This document shows, in pieces, positions 35,301 through 47,665 of a stretch of 64,000 nucleotides of DNA. Source of the DNA: Neovahlkampfia damariscottae (Eukaryota); the NCBI GenBank assembly GCA_016618085.1, contig JABLTG010000108.1:1-64000 (forward strand), written 5' to 3'. The translations under genes were made by a program, and so were the position numbers. The notes beneath the pieces are model-generated. The model searched no databases. It was not told the DNA's origin and was given only the letters and a program-made list of their open reading frames with translations. Positions within the stretch are counted from its first letter, which is position 1. Every line of letters begins with the position of its first letter.

Positions 35301-36725
35301 TGTTGGTCAACATAATTCCAATTATTCCCTGAGTCCGTTGAATAGTAACAAGTGATAGTGCTCCCAGATTTGGTGATTTTGATATGACTTCCGAATGGGA
35401 CATTTAGTTGTGAATATGCTTTGACAGAGTTTGTTCCTTTGGTTTTTCTGTAATAATGATAAGCTCTTTGATCTCTTGGAATCATACAAGCTGACATTAA
35501 AACACCATCACCATGACTATTTTGTATTTGGGTGTCTAATGATTGTCTAATTACAACACCTGTTCCTCCAAAATAATGAATTGCATTTCCAGTTCGAGTA
35601 TCAGTTTTTGCGGAGATACTTCCGTCCCCTGAAACAGCTTTGTAGCCGAAAATAAAACCATCTGATCTCGTATTATCGATAGAACTATCTCTGAGTGAAC
35701 CTGAAATACTGACTGTTGTGGCAGTAGCAGAGATACTTGGATAATCCCCATTTGTTCCGAAATCTGCCTTTCCGGAGTTTATAAGTTTCATTTTCCAAAT
35801 GTTATCACCACAATTCTTTGGAGAACTCGCTGAAAAAGAGTTAACTTCATAAAAAATTTTACCAATCGGTTGACATCCACCTGATGTTTCCTGGTATGCA
35901 TAAAATTCAGACGATGAGCAACCAGTAGAAGCAGAAAATCCATAAAATTTGATGTTTGAAATCTTAAATGTATGAGTTGTCTGAGAACTGCTCCATCCAC
36001 TTTCAACTGCAATACCCCAATACTATAATTTTAGAAAATGTTATTTTACGTTTCCAGAAACAGAATCACTGACTACTGTGCTATTCACTTGAAACCAATC
36101 CTTTTCATCATCTGAAACATAAAAACTAAATTGATTGCCAACTTTTTGGAGTCTAAAATTTAAAAAAAAAAATCGTACTTGAAGTATCCAAAAAGATGTC
36201 TATAAAAGTACGGAATCGTTGCTGAGCCAAATGAATATGAGGTAGGTCCTGTTCTCTTAACTATTTTTATATTTTCAGCCAGATTTGATCCAGTTTTAGT
36301 GTAAATTACGAAACCAATGGAATTCGATTTTCGAGCATTAAGTTCATTCCGTATCTAAAATTTTGAGAAAAAAAAAAAAAACCATGATGGATATCATTTC
36401 ACCTGATCCATTTGTGTCATATACTGAAAACACAGGATTGGAAGCAAGTTGGAAACTCATGCTACCGTCACCAACCAAAGGCTAAAATGTTAAAAAAATA
36501 AAAATAAAAAACCCAATAGTAGAATCCAATATCATCAGAAACATCATTATCTCCATAGTTGGATGAACTGCTAATACCACTTTGCATATTCAACTGTAGA
36601 GTATTTCCATTCAAAGATTTTGAATCAAACGTGTTCAGGTCATTTCCTGGTGTTGGCATTTGAGAGAAAACTACCATCACAAATACGAGAAAGAAAAGTG
36701 TTTTGGTTGTTAAGTGCTGTGTCAT
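20303..36725 (-). CDS. Giant (~5,300 aa) cell-surface protein: signal peptide, two ConA-like beta-sandwiches, >20 EGF-like repeats, LRR, many IPT/Ig-like units, Cys-rich GCC2/GCC3-like repeats, multi-pass TM region, charged tail
   Basis: ATG at 36725 (MTQHLTTKTLFFLVFVMVVFSQ). Six short 5' introns splice in frame into the 4862-aa ORF. CxGxGxCxxPxxCxCxxGYxGxxC repeats, CNLCPPGTY..CESCPTN, and about 8-9 hydrophobic helices. The 20303-20515 tail is offset by one base. Confidence 0.85.
32640..35100 (-). repeat. Tandem EGF-like coding repeats (~39-aa unit)
   Basis: Recurrent acaattacaa/tttccatttcc/acaaattgg motifs on the + strand encoding C-C-G-G-C-P-C units. Confidence 0.9.
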
Positions 36726-37055
36726 AGTTTTCACTTTATGTCCAATCACACAATTTTGCCCATTTTAAACCATACTGTTTCCAATGAATGTTCCAACGAT
36801 AAAATTTGGTAATTTTTCATGAAGCTGTTGATTTTTGGTTTTTCTGTTTGACAAGACACATTTCTGTGCGGTTTGGTTTTAGCTTTGAAAGTTTGTTATT
36901 TGAAACTAATTTTTTATTCAATTCTTGAGAAATGAGCAACAACAGTTTTTCAATATTAATTTTGTAGTTATGGTTTTTGTTATTTCTGTATTTGAGTTCA
37001 TCCCAAGAAACTTTCAGTTGTTTGGATAAAAAAATACTTCACAAGAATAAAATAT

Positions 37056-37614
37056 TTATTGTGCGTATCTTATTACCCAATCTTCTACTGTGCTGACAAA
37101 TTTATTTTGATTGCTGATCATTTCTAAAGCAATATTTGAATTCATTGGGTTTTGAAAATCAGGATAAAATAAATTGTCAAAAATATCATCCACAACTTAG
37201 TTTTAAAAGATGAATAAATCAAAATTTACTTTTATCTAGTGTAGTACTTGGTGTCCATTGGTTTCCAAGTTTTTCATTGAAAGAAAAATCTCCTGTGTTC
37301 GAATCAATTTTCGGATGATAAATTTTTGTTGAAAAAGAACACTTTGGAGGTTTGAACTGAAGTTTAAAAATCAATTTTTCTTACTGGATACTGTGGTGGT
37401 ATATCAATAGTCAAAACATAAGTTCCACCAGCATAAACTGACTCTGCCTGGAATAATTCAATATATGATAACTTACTGGAGGAAATAAGTGAACATGCCA
37501 CTTGAATAAATCTTCACCACAAGGTGTGGCAAAATATTTATCTGATGAATTTTGTTGAATTGTGTTCCACTCTTTTGTCAATCGTTTTATTGTTCCTTTT
37601 GAGATGCTGTTCAT
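37056..37614 (-). CDS. Ubiquitin-conjugating enzyme (E2)-fold protein lacking the catalytic Cys; 3 introns
   Basis: Spliced: KRLTKEW..DLFKWHVHLFPPAESVYAGGTYVLTIDIPPQYPFKPPKCSFSTKIYHPKIDSNTGDFSFNEKLGNQWTP..NPMNSNIA. Confidence 0.85.
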
Positions 37615-38166
37615 GTTTTTTGTTCAGTTTTTATTGAGTTTCGTTCATTGGAGACTATTTATAACTTAAAGTCAAAGTCTTTAAAAGACCTTCACTTTTT
37701 CCACTTCAACAATGGACCAATCAGAGTTGGTCAGATTTGGTCACAAAAAATGGAAATTGGGAATCTCTATTTTTAAGTGCCAATCTTTTATATTTCACTC
37801 TATCAGATCGACAATTTAACTTTTTTTAATTTTCAAGTTTAAATTCAGTTCTTGGAAATAAAGAAATGGTTTCAAAATTAAGTGTTCATAAAAAAAATAA
37901 CCAAACAGGAATCGAATTAGTTGCAAGTTGTTTCAAATATTCAGTAGATTTAAAGAGTCAACCTGAAATTCATTTTGAAATTTATATTTTTAATATAAAA
38001 AATGATCAAAATTTGTTGATTAATTCCAAACAAAACTATTAAACTATCAAAATTTGGCTGTTGGATACATGCAATAAATTCATTGAGCACTTTTAGAGTT
38101 GGTGAAATAAAATTTTTGGAATTAAAAAAGAATATCTATTAATAATTTTTCTATTTTTATTTTACA

Positions 38167-40093
38167 TTATTTTGATTTCTTTTTCATTGAATTTTCATAC
38201 AAATTGATAAATTCTGGTGTTTTTCTAAACCTTTGATATTTATCATCCAAACAAGACACCAAAATTTCGTCAACCAAGAAATCAAAAATATCTGTCGGAC
38301 AAGATCCTTCTTTTTGAAATTTTTGTAAATTATTGTGTAAAATAGTTGAAATATTCTTTGAAATGTTCAATTCATATTTTGATTCAATATTAAAGAATGT
38401 TTGAAAAATGACAAAAGATGATTCAATTCTCTCTTGGTCTGTTTTCAATTCTTTAAAAATTTCAACATTTTCAATAAAAATTAAATTTTCATCTGCCATT
38501 TCTTTTTGTAAAAATTTTTTAAAAACTTCAGCGTTTTTTTTGTTTTTGATAAAGTTGTGAACATAAAATGATTCGTTGATTTTTTTGATTCTTTCAAATT
38601 CCTCTCTTTCTTCTTTTAGTTTTAATTCCTGTTCTTCTTTGTTTTTTATTGGAATTTCTTTCAATTTATGATGAATATGTTTCATATTTGGTCTTCTATT
38701 TGGTTGGTTGGATAACATTGAGGTTATCAATGATTTTAAATGAGTATTGACGTTTTTTTCAAGTAATATTCTTTGAATATTGATCAAATAACTCGGTTTG
38801 TTGTCAATAAATTTTTCATCAAGTTCTGATTCCAGACTTATACTGAGCTCTTTTATTGTTTTGTCAGAAGTGAAAAGTGAAAATGAATTTTTTTGTTTTT
38901 TTGATTTAAAAATGGGTGAATTTTCTATTTTACTATTGTTCAATTCAATAAAACATTCAATCATTTCAAATTTTGACTGGATTGGTTAAAAAAAAATCAA
39001 GTTACTATTTTAGTTGCCAGTCTTAATAAAATCAATCCAAACGAAAATACATCGTACTTTGAAGAAAATTGTTTCGTATTTTCATATTCAGGTGGATATT
39101 GAATGTAACGATCTGGATTTTTCAACTGAAGAAAACCAGGATCCAAATAAACTTTTGTACCTGAAGCATCCAAAAAAATACAAGTTTCCATTAATTCACC
39201 TGCAGAAAAGTAATATTCATTGTCATGAAGAAATTGCAAAGCAGAAGCTATTTGAGTTCCAATATGAATGACTTCCTAAACAAGTTTTTTAAAAATCCTT
39301 ATTTTACATTTTCATTTATTTTTTCATCCTTGTAATTATCAATATAATCAGTTAAATTTGATTTAAGTTCTTTAGTTATCAAATATAGTTCTCTTTCATT
39401 TTCAGATAATAAACTTGTTTCATCATATAAATCAATGAATGGTAATATGTTTTGGTTCAAATTTTCATTTAATTTTTCTTTAATTCCAATAATATCTTGT
39501 CTAATGGATGATATATTTTTTTCCAAATCTGATAAAAAAAAAACAAAAAATTTTTCTTGTGAGTCATTGGACAATTTCTCAACTTTTGAAAATTTGACAC
39601 CTGAAATTGTTATGGTAGAATTGAGTGTAATATCTGTATAAACTTCTTCAAATAAAGATTTTGATGTCAAGTTATAAGTGGTCGAGATATAATTTTTCCA
39701 TTCATTGGAGCGTTTGTACTGTTGAAAGATGTAACCTAAAACAGTTGATATTTCTTTCAAAGATTCAGCTATTATAGTACTTTGTTCACCATAAGGTATA
39801 TCAGAAGCTTTTGAAAATTTTTCGTTTAATTTTTGTTTGTTCATCAAATTGAGACATTTTGTTGATTTTTCATGAAGATAATTGTTATATATATCTGTGA
39901 ATAAACTAATTTTGTTTTGTTTGTTTGTTGTTTCATTATACTTTTTTATCTTCAAAAAACAATTCAAAAACTTGGTGTTGTTCTCTTGAGATAGAGTATT
40001 TTCAAATTGTTCTAAATCATTTTTTCTTTCTATAAGAGCTTCAAAAGTCTTTGGTGGTTTGGTCGCGGCTTTTGTGAATTTGTTGTTCTTCAT
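38167..40093 (-). CDS. RGS-like / pseudokinase / RGS protein; 2 introns
   Basis: C-terminal FKKFLQKEMADENLIFIENVEIFK..IFQTFF..ELNIS..IFD..DKYQRF (RGS). Central kinase-like lobe PPEY..KYDVFSFGLIL..MLSNQPNRRPNM. N-terminal FENTLSQENNT..IYNNYL..LNL. Confidence 0.75.
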
Positions 40094-40184
40094 CTCAAAC
40101 AAAATAAACCAATGAAATTTTGGCTAAACCAAGAATCCAAAAAACTCCGCGATAGCGTTTTTTAAAAACTCCGAGGTAAAAAAA

Positions 40185-42901
40185 TTAAATTTTCAAACAT
40201 TTATTAGAAGAAATTTTAAAGTCAGAAATAAAATTTTGCATAGTCTTCAAAAACTCTGAATCTTTTTGATTTTCTTCACCAAAAAAAACTAAAACTTCGT
40301 TGTATTTGTTTTTCATTTCTTGAAATTTTCCATTCAATTCAATGAATTCTTTCTTTGAAATTTTTTCCATTTCTTCAATAACTTCATTTGAATTCACACT
40401 TTTGTTTTGTGAATTTAAATTTTCTTGTTCATCTTTGAAATGATTCCAAATTTCTTTCACTTTGAAAATTTCAATTTCCAACTCTTCAATGTTTAATTTT
40501 GTTCCAATTTTTAGGATGCTTTCAAAATCAACCCAAAAATCATCAATTTCCTCTTTTTGACAACATTGTACTAAGAAATCCATCAATGTCGTTTTTTTGT
40601 CCATTGATTTGGTTTGACTTAAAACTGGAAGAATATCGATTTTGAAACCTCTTGCATTTCCTTTTTTCTTTCCTGAATTCATTGTATTCCCAATAATCAA
40701 TATGATTTCCAATATTTTCGAGAATTTTTCTTCTTTCAATAAGTTGAACACTTGAGATTTATTTTCAATGATTTCAATAATTTTTGAATTATTATTCAAT
40801 TTGCACGCATGAATACATTTAATTGTTTTCAATTTTTTTCTGAAATTTGGAACACAAATGATTGACATCAACAATTTATCAATCCCAACTAATTCATTCT
40901 TTTTTGGATAATTCAAGTATTGAGACTGTTCTTCAAATGTTGGAGAGATTACTTCTAAGATGTTTAATCTCTCAGGTGTGATTTCTTCAACATTCAATTC
41001 ATTAATCCATTGTGGAAGTATTTTTGATAAATCTGAAACATTTTTGAATTGTTTGATCAAAATTTCAATATTTCTTGCTCTACTTGAAGATACAATAGTT
41101 TCTACTTCTTTTGATTTTGGTGTTGATGCCACTTTTTTTGGTGTATTTCTTGCTGAGAATAAATCTTCCAATTTTGATTTGTCAATTTTTTTTTCAACAT
41201 TTGAAACATCTACATTTGACCATAAGCTGTTTTGATTCAAATTTCTTCCCATAATTGGAGTCCAATGTAAAGCTTTTAAATTATTTTTTTTTTCTAAAAA
41301 ATTAAAAAAACAAACTCTCTTACGAGGGGTGATGAAATTTGGAGCATTTGAAGGAAATGCAGGAGGTGGTGACCCCATTGGTGTCATTGGGAATGGTGGT
41401 GGTCCTGAAATTGAGCATGGCGGTGGTGATCCGAACATAGGTGTCATTGGAAATGGAGGTGCTCCTTTTGGTCCTGTTTCCTTTTTCAATGGTGTTGTTG
41501 GGCATGAAGGTATTTCCTCTTTCTTTTTAATATCAAAAGAAAGATCAAGCAAAGGAGCATCGTTATTATCTTTGATAATTGAATCTTCTTCAATTTCTGC
41601 GATTTTTTGTTTTTCCTTTTTGATTGGTGTTGTTGATTGAAATGACATATCTAATAACTCAACTGCTTGCGGTTTTTTTTGAAGAAGTGTAGATTTTGGT
41701 GATTTAGAAATTTGAGTTTCATCAAAATAACCTTTTCTTTTCTTTGATTCAAAGATATTTGATTTTCTACTTTTATTCAAAATTGGTTCATCATTGACAA
41801 TGTGTTCTCCAAAGAATTTTTTTTTCAATTCAACAATCAATGAAGCAAAGTTATTTCCATTTGGTACTGATGTTGGAATTGTTTGAGTTTTTGATTCTTG
41901 AGGCTTTTTGAGATATACAGGTGAATTTGATAGTAACTGAGTCAATTCTGATTTGTAAGTTTCATCATTTTGATTTAAAGTTTTGTATTCAATTTGAATA
42001 GTAAAAGGTTCAATAGACGTATCAAACAAATCTAATTGTTTCATTTGAATATTGAAAACTCCGTCATCAGAAAATTGAATAGTATTCAAAGTACATCTGA
42101 AAATTAATTCAAATGAATCTTGATTAACTGAATACCCATTTAATATAAAATCACCTGAAACTTGACAGTCTTCAAGATTTAAGCTATATTCTGAGTTAGT
42201 TTGCTTTTTAAAACATCTTCGAGTGTCTTTTGATGAAAATAGAACCTTTGACTGTTGTTTGATCATAAAAAAAGGCGAAATGATGTCAAACGGAAATTTT
42301 CTAAATGTAACTTTTTCAATTTGAACTATTTTGACAGAAAACAAAGGTAAACGAAGGCAATTCGTGAACAGTTTGAGATATTTCATTGTACTGACTGCGT
42401 ATGGAGTTTCTAAAAGATTAAAATCGGTGAAATCTTTGAGGTAATTAGTTGCATCATTAGAATTCGAGAAATATCCAGTGAAACTCAAATAGCAGCAAAC
42501 AATTAATCCAATTGAATGTCTTTTACCCTTATGTGAAAAATTAAAAATAAGAAAATTTACAGGTAAATGAATAAGCACTTGGTTCTTGGATGATTTGGAA
42601 AGCCATTTGAAAATAGTAAGACTTACATGAGATAAAAAGAGTAAATCTTCAAAATGCTCTGTGTCAAAGTTAAACATCTAAATTCAGTTTTTTTTTGTAT
42701 TCTTACAATTCCATGGATGTTTATGTCATCAAATGTCGCGTTTGAGAAATTTAAAAATAAAACTGAATTTTCTGAAGTGTATTGTGTTGTGAGGTGTTCT
42801 TTGAGTTTTTTTAGTTCTTGTCTGAAGTTCTTCTTTGAATTATTTTCAGTGTTTGTTCGTTGTATTCTTTCTGTTAGTTGCACAACTGTTCGTTTAAACA
42901 T
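40185..42901 (-). CDS. Formin with degenerate PTEN-like and C2 domains, FH1 and FH2
   Basis: Poly-Pro PPFPMTP repeats, LKALHWTPI, RARNIEIL, ILIIGNTMNSG..ARGFKI..TKS..TTLMDFL; N-terminal C2-like CQVSGDF..IFRCTLNT. Confidence 0.88.
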
Positions 42902-43355
42902 GTTGTTAACGATTTTTGGCGGGGTTGAAATGACCAATCAAAAAAAATTCCGTATTTAAAAAAAGTTGGTAATATTAAACTCATACCGAACTTCAACTTT
43001 GAAAATCATTCTTCTCTTTTTTATAAGAATTCTCCTAATTTATCAAATTGAAAACAATCAACTCAAAGAGCATTTGTCAAATTTTCGAGTTGCTTTTCTA
43101 CTTTTGCATTTTCCAAAATTTTTTGGCAAACTTTCATAATTTCTGGGAATTTCTTTTTGTTCATCCACTTTCTAATTTCAGGTGATTAAATGAACGCTTT
43201 CCTTTGCAACTTCATAAATTAATTTTGAATTTTTTTTAGCTATTTAAAAACACTTCCAGTGATTTAATCAAAAGCAACTTGATGTTCAAAGAATTATCCC
43301 TCACAGTTTCACTTTCTCCTTCAAAACTAGAAAAAAAAATCAAACCAATCAAAAA

Positions 43356-45596
43356 ATGTCTCTATCAGTTAGGAATTTATCACACATCAACTGTATCAAC
43401 TCACCAAAAATAAATAGATATGGCCATACTATCAACCTTGATGGGAAAGATGGTGTTTATATTTTTGGAGGTAAAACAGCCAAAAACAACTAAAAACAGG
43501 TTTGTTGATGAATTACGGAGAATCTCAAGAAACAAAATCATTAATGTACACATTAGAATTCACTGATGAACTTTTATATTTTGATTTGAAAAAACAAGTT
43601 TGGATTGAAAAGCCTTTACAAACAGAAGGAACAAAACCATCAGGAAGACATTTTCATTCGACAGTCGTTTATGAAAAGAATTTATATGTTTTTGGTGGTA
43701 AATCAAATGGTTATAAGAATGATTTATTCAAATATTCAATGGGTAAAAGTGATTTTTTTCTTACCTAAATTTAGAAAAAAATGTTTGGTCGATTATTACA
43801 TCAAGTGGAGATATACCAAGTCCAAGATATGGTCACTCAGCGGTAATTTATGGGAAATCAATGTTTATATTTGGTGGCTATGATTCAGATTCTTTCAGTT
43901 GTGATGATTTATTTCAATTCGATTTTGGTAATTAGTTTCATTGTTTTAACAATAAAGAAACATCAAAATGGAAGAAATTAACACTTAAAATCTCTCCTTC
44001 AGCTCGTTTTCATCACAGATGTTTGGTGAATTCTGATAAAATGTATATTTGTGGAGGTTTGAAAATATCCAATTCTTATGTCTTTCAACAAGGAATTAAT
44101 CAAGGTACCAAATATTTGAATGATGTTTGGGAATTCTCATTCAATAAAATGGATTGGAAAGAGCTAAAAACAACTGGAAAACTACCAGAAGTTAGATATG
44201 GACATCAAATCTTTTTACACAAAGATAATTTATTCTTATATGGAGGTTGCAACAAAGATTATGATTTTAGAACAGTTCATTACCTTAATTTAAAAGAATT
44301 GAAATGGAAAAAACTTGCAGATTTGGAATTTCCATTTGAAGAAACAACGGGAACTGTATTTACATCCCTTTTTCAATTAGATGATGTAATTTTCTTTTTT
44401 GGAGGAATTTACAAACAAAAATCATTTGAATCTGGTCAAAAAGTAATCCTTGATCTTTCAGGAATCAAATTTGAACAGTCAACTTTGAAAACATTTGATG
44501 ATCTTCCAGATGATACTCAATTAAAAATCATTTCATATTTAGACAAATTATCAATATGTACACTTGATTGTGTTTCAAAAAAATGGAATTTTTCTAATTT
44601 ATCATGTCACAATGTGATTTGGAAAGTTTATGCGGATCCTATTCTCTCTTCATTTGAAGATCATTTTAACAAAAAAATTAAAATTGATGAAACTAAATCA
44701 ACAGCATACAAAGATGCCATTAAGTTCACATTTCATGATCAAATCAAATATATGAAAAATTATGATCCATTATCTGACAAGCAAAAATACTATGGTGGTA
44801 ATTTGTTATCTTTTTGTTTACCAAATGTTAAATTACCACCTCCTGATGTTGGTGAAATATATGGATATAACTTTCACACTGATGGTTTGAAATTTGTAAT
44901 GATAGGTGATGGTGCTGTTGGAAAGACTTGTAAGTTGAAAAATTCCTAATTTCTTCATAGGTCTTTTAATCAAAAAAACAACCAATAGTTTTCCAAGTGA
45001 ATATATTCCAACTGTTTTTGATAATTATTCTGAAAAGAGGACAATTGGTAATGATTCATTAACCATTGGTTAGTAAGTAGTTCATTATGAATTGACAATT
45101 TTTCAGTTGGGATACTGCAGGACCAGAAGACTGTAAGACATTAAATATATATTCATTTTTTTTAACAGATGACAGATTGAGACCTTTGAGTTACCCATGT
45201 ACAACTTGTTTTATCTTGTGCTTTTCAGTTTGTAATCAAAGTAGTTTTGAGAATTGTAAATCAAAATGGATCCCAGAAGCGCGTCATCATTGTCCAAAAA
45301 CACCAATTTTGTATTAATTTCTTTGTTCTAAATTTTGAAGGTTGGTTGGTACAAAATCTGATTTGAGAAATGATGAAAGTGTGATTGAAAAGTTGTCAAG
45401 TAGAGGTCAAAGGTTTGTGAATCAATCAGAAGCAATTCAACTGTCCAAAGACTATGGATGTGTTGGTTATGTGGAAACTTCATCATTGGTCGGAACTAAT
45501 GTTGAACTCATGGTAAATGCAGCAATCACCGCTAGTTGTTATCAAAATGATGAATCAAACAAAAAATTAGATGAAAAAAAATGTGTTATTCAATAA
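43356..45596 (+). CDS. Kelch-repeat / F-box / Rac-like GTPase fusion with CAAX (CVIQ); about 8 introns
   Basis: RYGH..YIFGG kelch repeats; [21 protein letters not shown]-box; [60 protein letters not shown]. Confidence 0.85.
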
Positions 45597-46116
45597 TTCA
45601 ATTTCATTTTCTCTTCAAAATTTATTGAAATCATCTGTTTATTGGTTAATTTGTTTTTTAAGTTCCTTTCTTGATTCCTAATATCGCCAATTTTATGTTG
45701 AGACTGTTATCGTCAGCAAATGAAATGAACAACAATGTGGAATGAATAAATTGGACAACTGAAGTAAAAAAAAACAAGGATATTTTGAAAGATATCATTA
45801 TTTTGAAGATTATAAGCAAGAATTTTGCATCCTCTAACTTCAACAACAAAATATCGGCACTCTTTTGTTTGTATCCACTGGGGAAGTCAACCAAAGTCAA
45901 ATTTGATTTTGATATCTATTTTGGGTGCTTTTGGATGACTTACTAAACTCTTTGGATTTTTAGTATTTTTTAAACTGGTAAAAATAAAAAAACGACCAAT
46001 GAAACACGAATTTGATTTCATTGGTTACCTCCGACCAATCACATAAACTAACGCTCGGTATAAAAGCACAAATGCATGAAACACAAAATAAACAAAAATA
46101 TACATAAACTTACCAC

Positions 46117-46683
46117 ATGTTTGTGCTTAGACATACCCCACAAAGACTAAAGAACATTCAAAACAGTATGCAACCTGCTTCTTGGAGAATGAAAGAGGAT
46201 ATTATGCTCCTTGAACTTGTAAAATCCAACCCAAGTGCTTCTTGGGAATTTATAGCTGATTATTTTCCTGGAAAGAATTGTTTTGATTGCCAATATCGAC
46301 ATATGGAGTTGATAAGATGTCTCGTAGTCAAAAACCGAAAAAATACTCGTAGAAACAAAAAAAAAGTTGAAAAGAGCAAGAAAACAGCTAAAGAAACCGT
46401 TCTATTTCCTAACTTCTACTTTTTTGATCAACTGGAGATTTTCCAAAACTTTCCTACCATCCCAGAACCTCAAGAGTTGAATGGAATTGATGAACCTCAG
46501 CCAATTCAAAGATATGAAGCAAATGAAGATGACTCATCTTTTTTGAAAATATCAGTGAAAGATGATCTATTTCCAAATTTTTTGGAAAACTCTTTTGAAA
46601 ACATTCCAAGCGCTCTCAAAAAATTTGACCAAGAAGCAAAAGAAATTGATTTGTTATGCAATGAAATCCTTCATAAAATTTAA
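46117..46683 (+). CDS. Single Myb/SANT-domain protein
   Basis: WRMKEDIMLLELV..WEFIADYFPGKNCFDCQYRH. CCAAT boxes and TATAAAA (~46059) upstream. Confidence 0.75.
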   Translation: MFVLRHTPQRLKNIQNSMQPASWRMKEDIMLLELVKSNPSASWEFIADYFPGKNCFDCQYRHMELIRCLVVKNRKNTRRNKKKVEKSKKTAKETVLFPNFYFFDQLEIFQNFPTIPEPQELNGIDEPQPIQRYEANEDDSSFLKISVKDDLFPNFLENSFENIPSALKKFDQEAKEIDLLCNEILHKI

Positions 46684-46713
46684 AATAAACACATTTGTAT
46701 CATATAAACTGTT

Positions 46714-47032
46714 TTATTGTTCTTCTTCTCCATATCTTATCATTGTTTCTGTGCATAAGGTCAAAGATTGAAAGAATCCTTTAACTGAAGCCCTCAGAGG
46801 TCTTGCTTGTGGTGATTGTATATTACTATTTTTTTAACTTTATTTTTTTTTTACACATGAAGTATTGTTCCTTTTAATTCTATTTTACGTTTACAAAGTT
46901 CACTTAATTCTTCATCAACTTCAAGAGCATTTTTTATTATTGTGGCAGTTTTAATATTTTTGAAATCAATATCAAGGTTACTGTGGTTGTTAGTAAATGA
47001 AAATTGAGTTACTATTCATAATTGTTGGTCAT
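46714..47032 (-). CDS. PCC1: KEOPS subunit Pcc1/LAGE3-like protein (introns 46981-47012, 46826-46854); not in the ORF track
   Basis: Spliced: MTNNYEYNLDIDFKNIKTATIIKNALEVDEELSELCKRKIELKGTILHVNIQSPQARPLRASVKGFFQSLTLCTETMIRYGEEEQ. Confidence 0.8.
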
Positions 47033-47155
47033 GCAGTTTTTATTGTTGAAAATATGATTGGTTCGGAGAATTGGTTAATTTTTTGTTTGAAAGGATAATT
47101 GTTATAATTATCAACAAATATGTAAAAGAAAAGGTCAAGACAAACAAAAATTCAA

Positions 47156-47665
47156 TTAAAATTTCACATTTCTCATGCATTTTTCATAAATGACATCATC
47201 ACTTAAACCATCCATATCATCAGCTTGTAATATAAATTCATTTTTTGTTTCTTTTAAAAGATATCCTATCGCTCCAGCAAAACACATTCTGAGAAAATGT
47301 AAAACGAAAAAACCAAAACCTTTCTTTTACTTTTGAAGCAAGAGGACACCAACAAATGTGGAGGATTTTGGCTCTTTCAGAATTATTTTCCAATTTCCAT
47401 TTGTATAAAATTGTTGCCATTCTACATTCATTTTCTGGAAAATGTTTTCTGAGTTCATTCAAATCCAAAACTGTGTTTTCTTCACTTTTTGATAAAAATT
47501 CAATTTTTTCAAATGTTGAATCCATATTATAAACTAACCATGAATACTTCATTTTTTAACTTTTTCTTGACTTACTTTTTCTTTCATTTTTAATTCTTGA
47601 TACAAACTTGTTATTTCTGGGTCCACAGTCACAACTGTGAGATTTTTTATTTTCATTGTACTCAT
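47156..47665 (-). CDS. ADF/cofilin (ADF-H domain) family protein; 2 introns
   Basis: YQELKM..YSWLVY..FPENECRMA..KILHICWCPLASKVKERMCFAGA..LQADDMDGLS. Confidence 0.8.

Noticed and set aside
35788..35791. ATGA overlap between ORFs 35788-36012 and 35132-35791
   Set aside because: Explained by an ordinary 33-nt intron at ~35831-35863; the upstream ORF is the wrong frame.
37750..38080. Short + strand frame (~58 aa from ~37866) downstream of a CCAAT
   Set aside because: Too short and featureless to support a gene call without expression data.
45640..45950. ORF 45658-45900 (-) and coding-like + strand fragments
   Set aside because: No ATG-initiated coherent frame, several in-frame stops and no recognisable motif. 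At most a decayed remnant.
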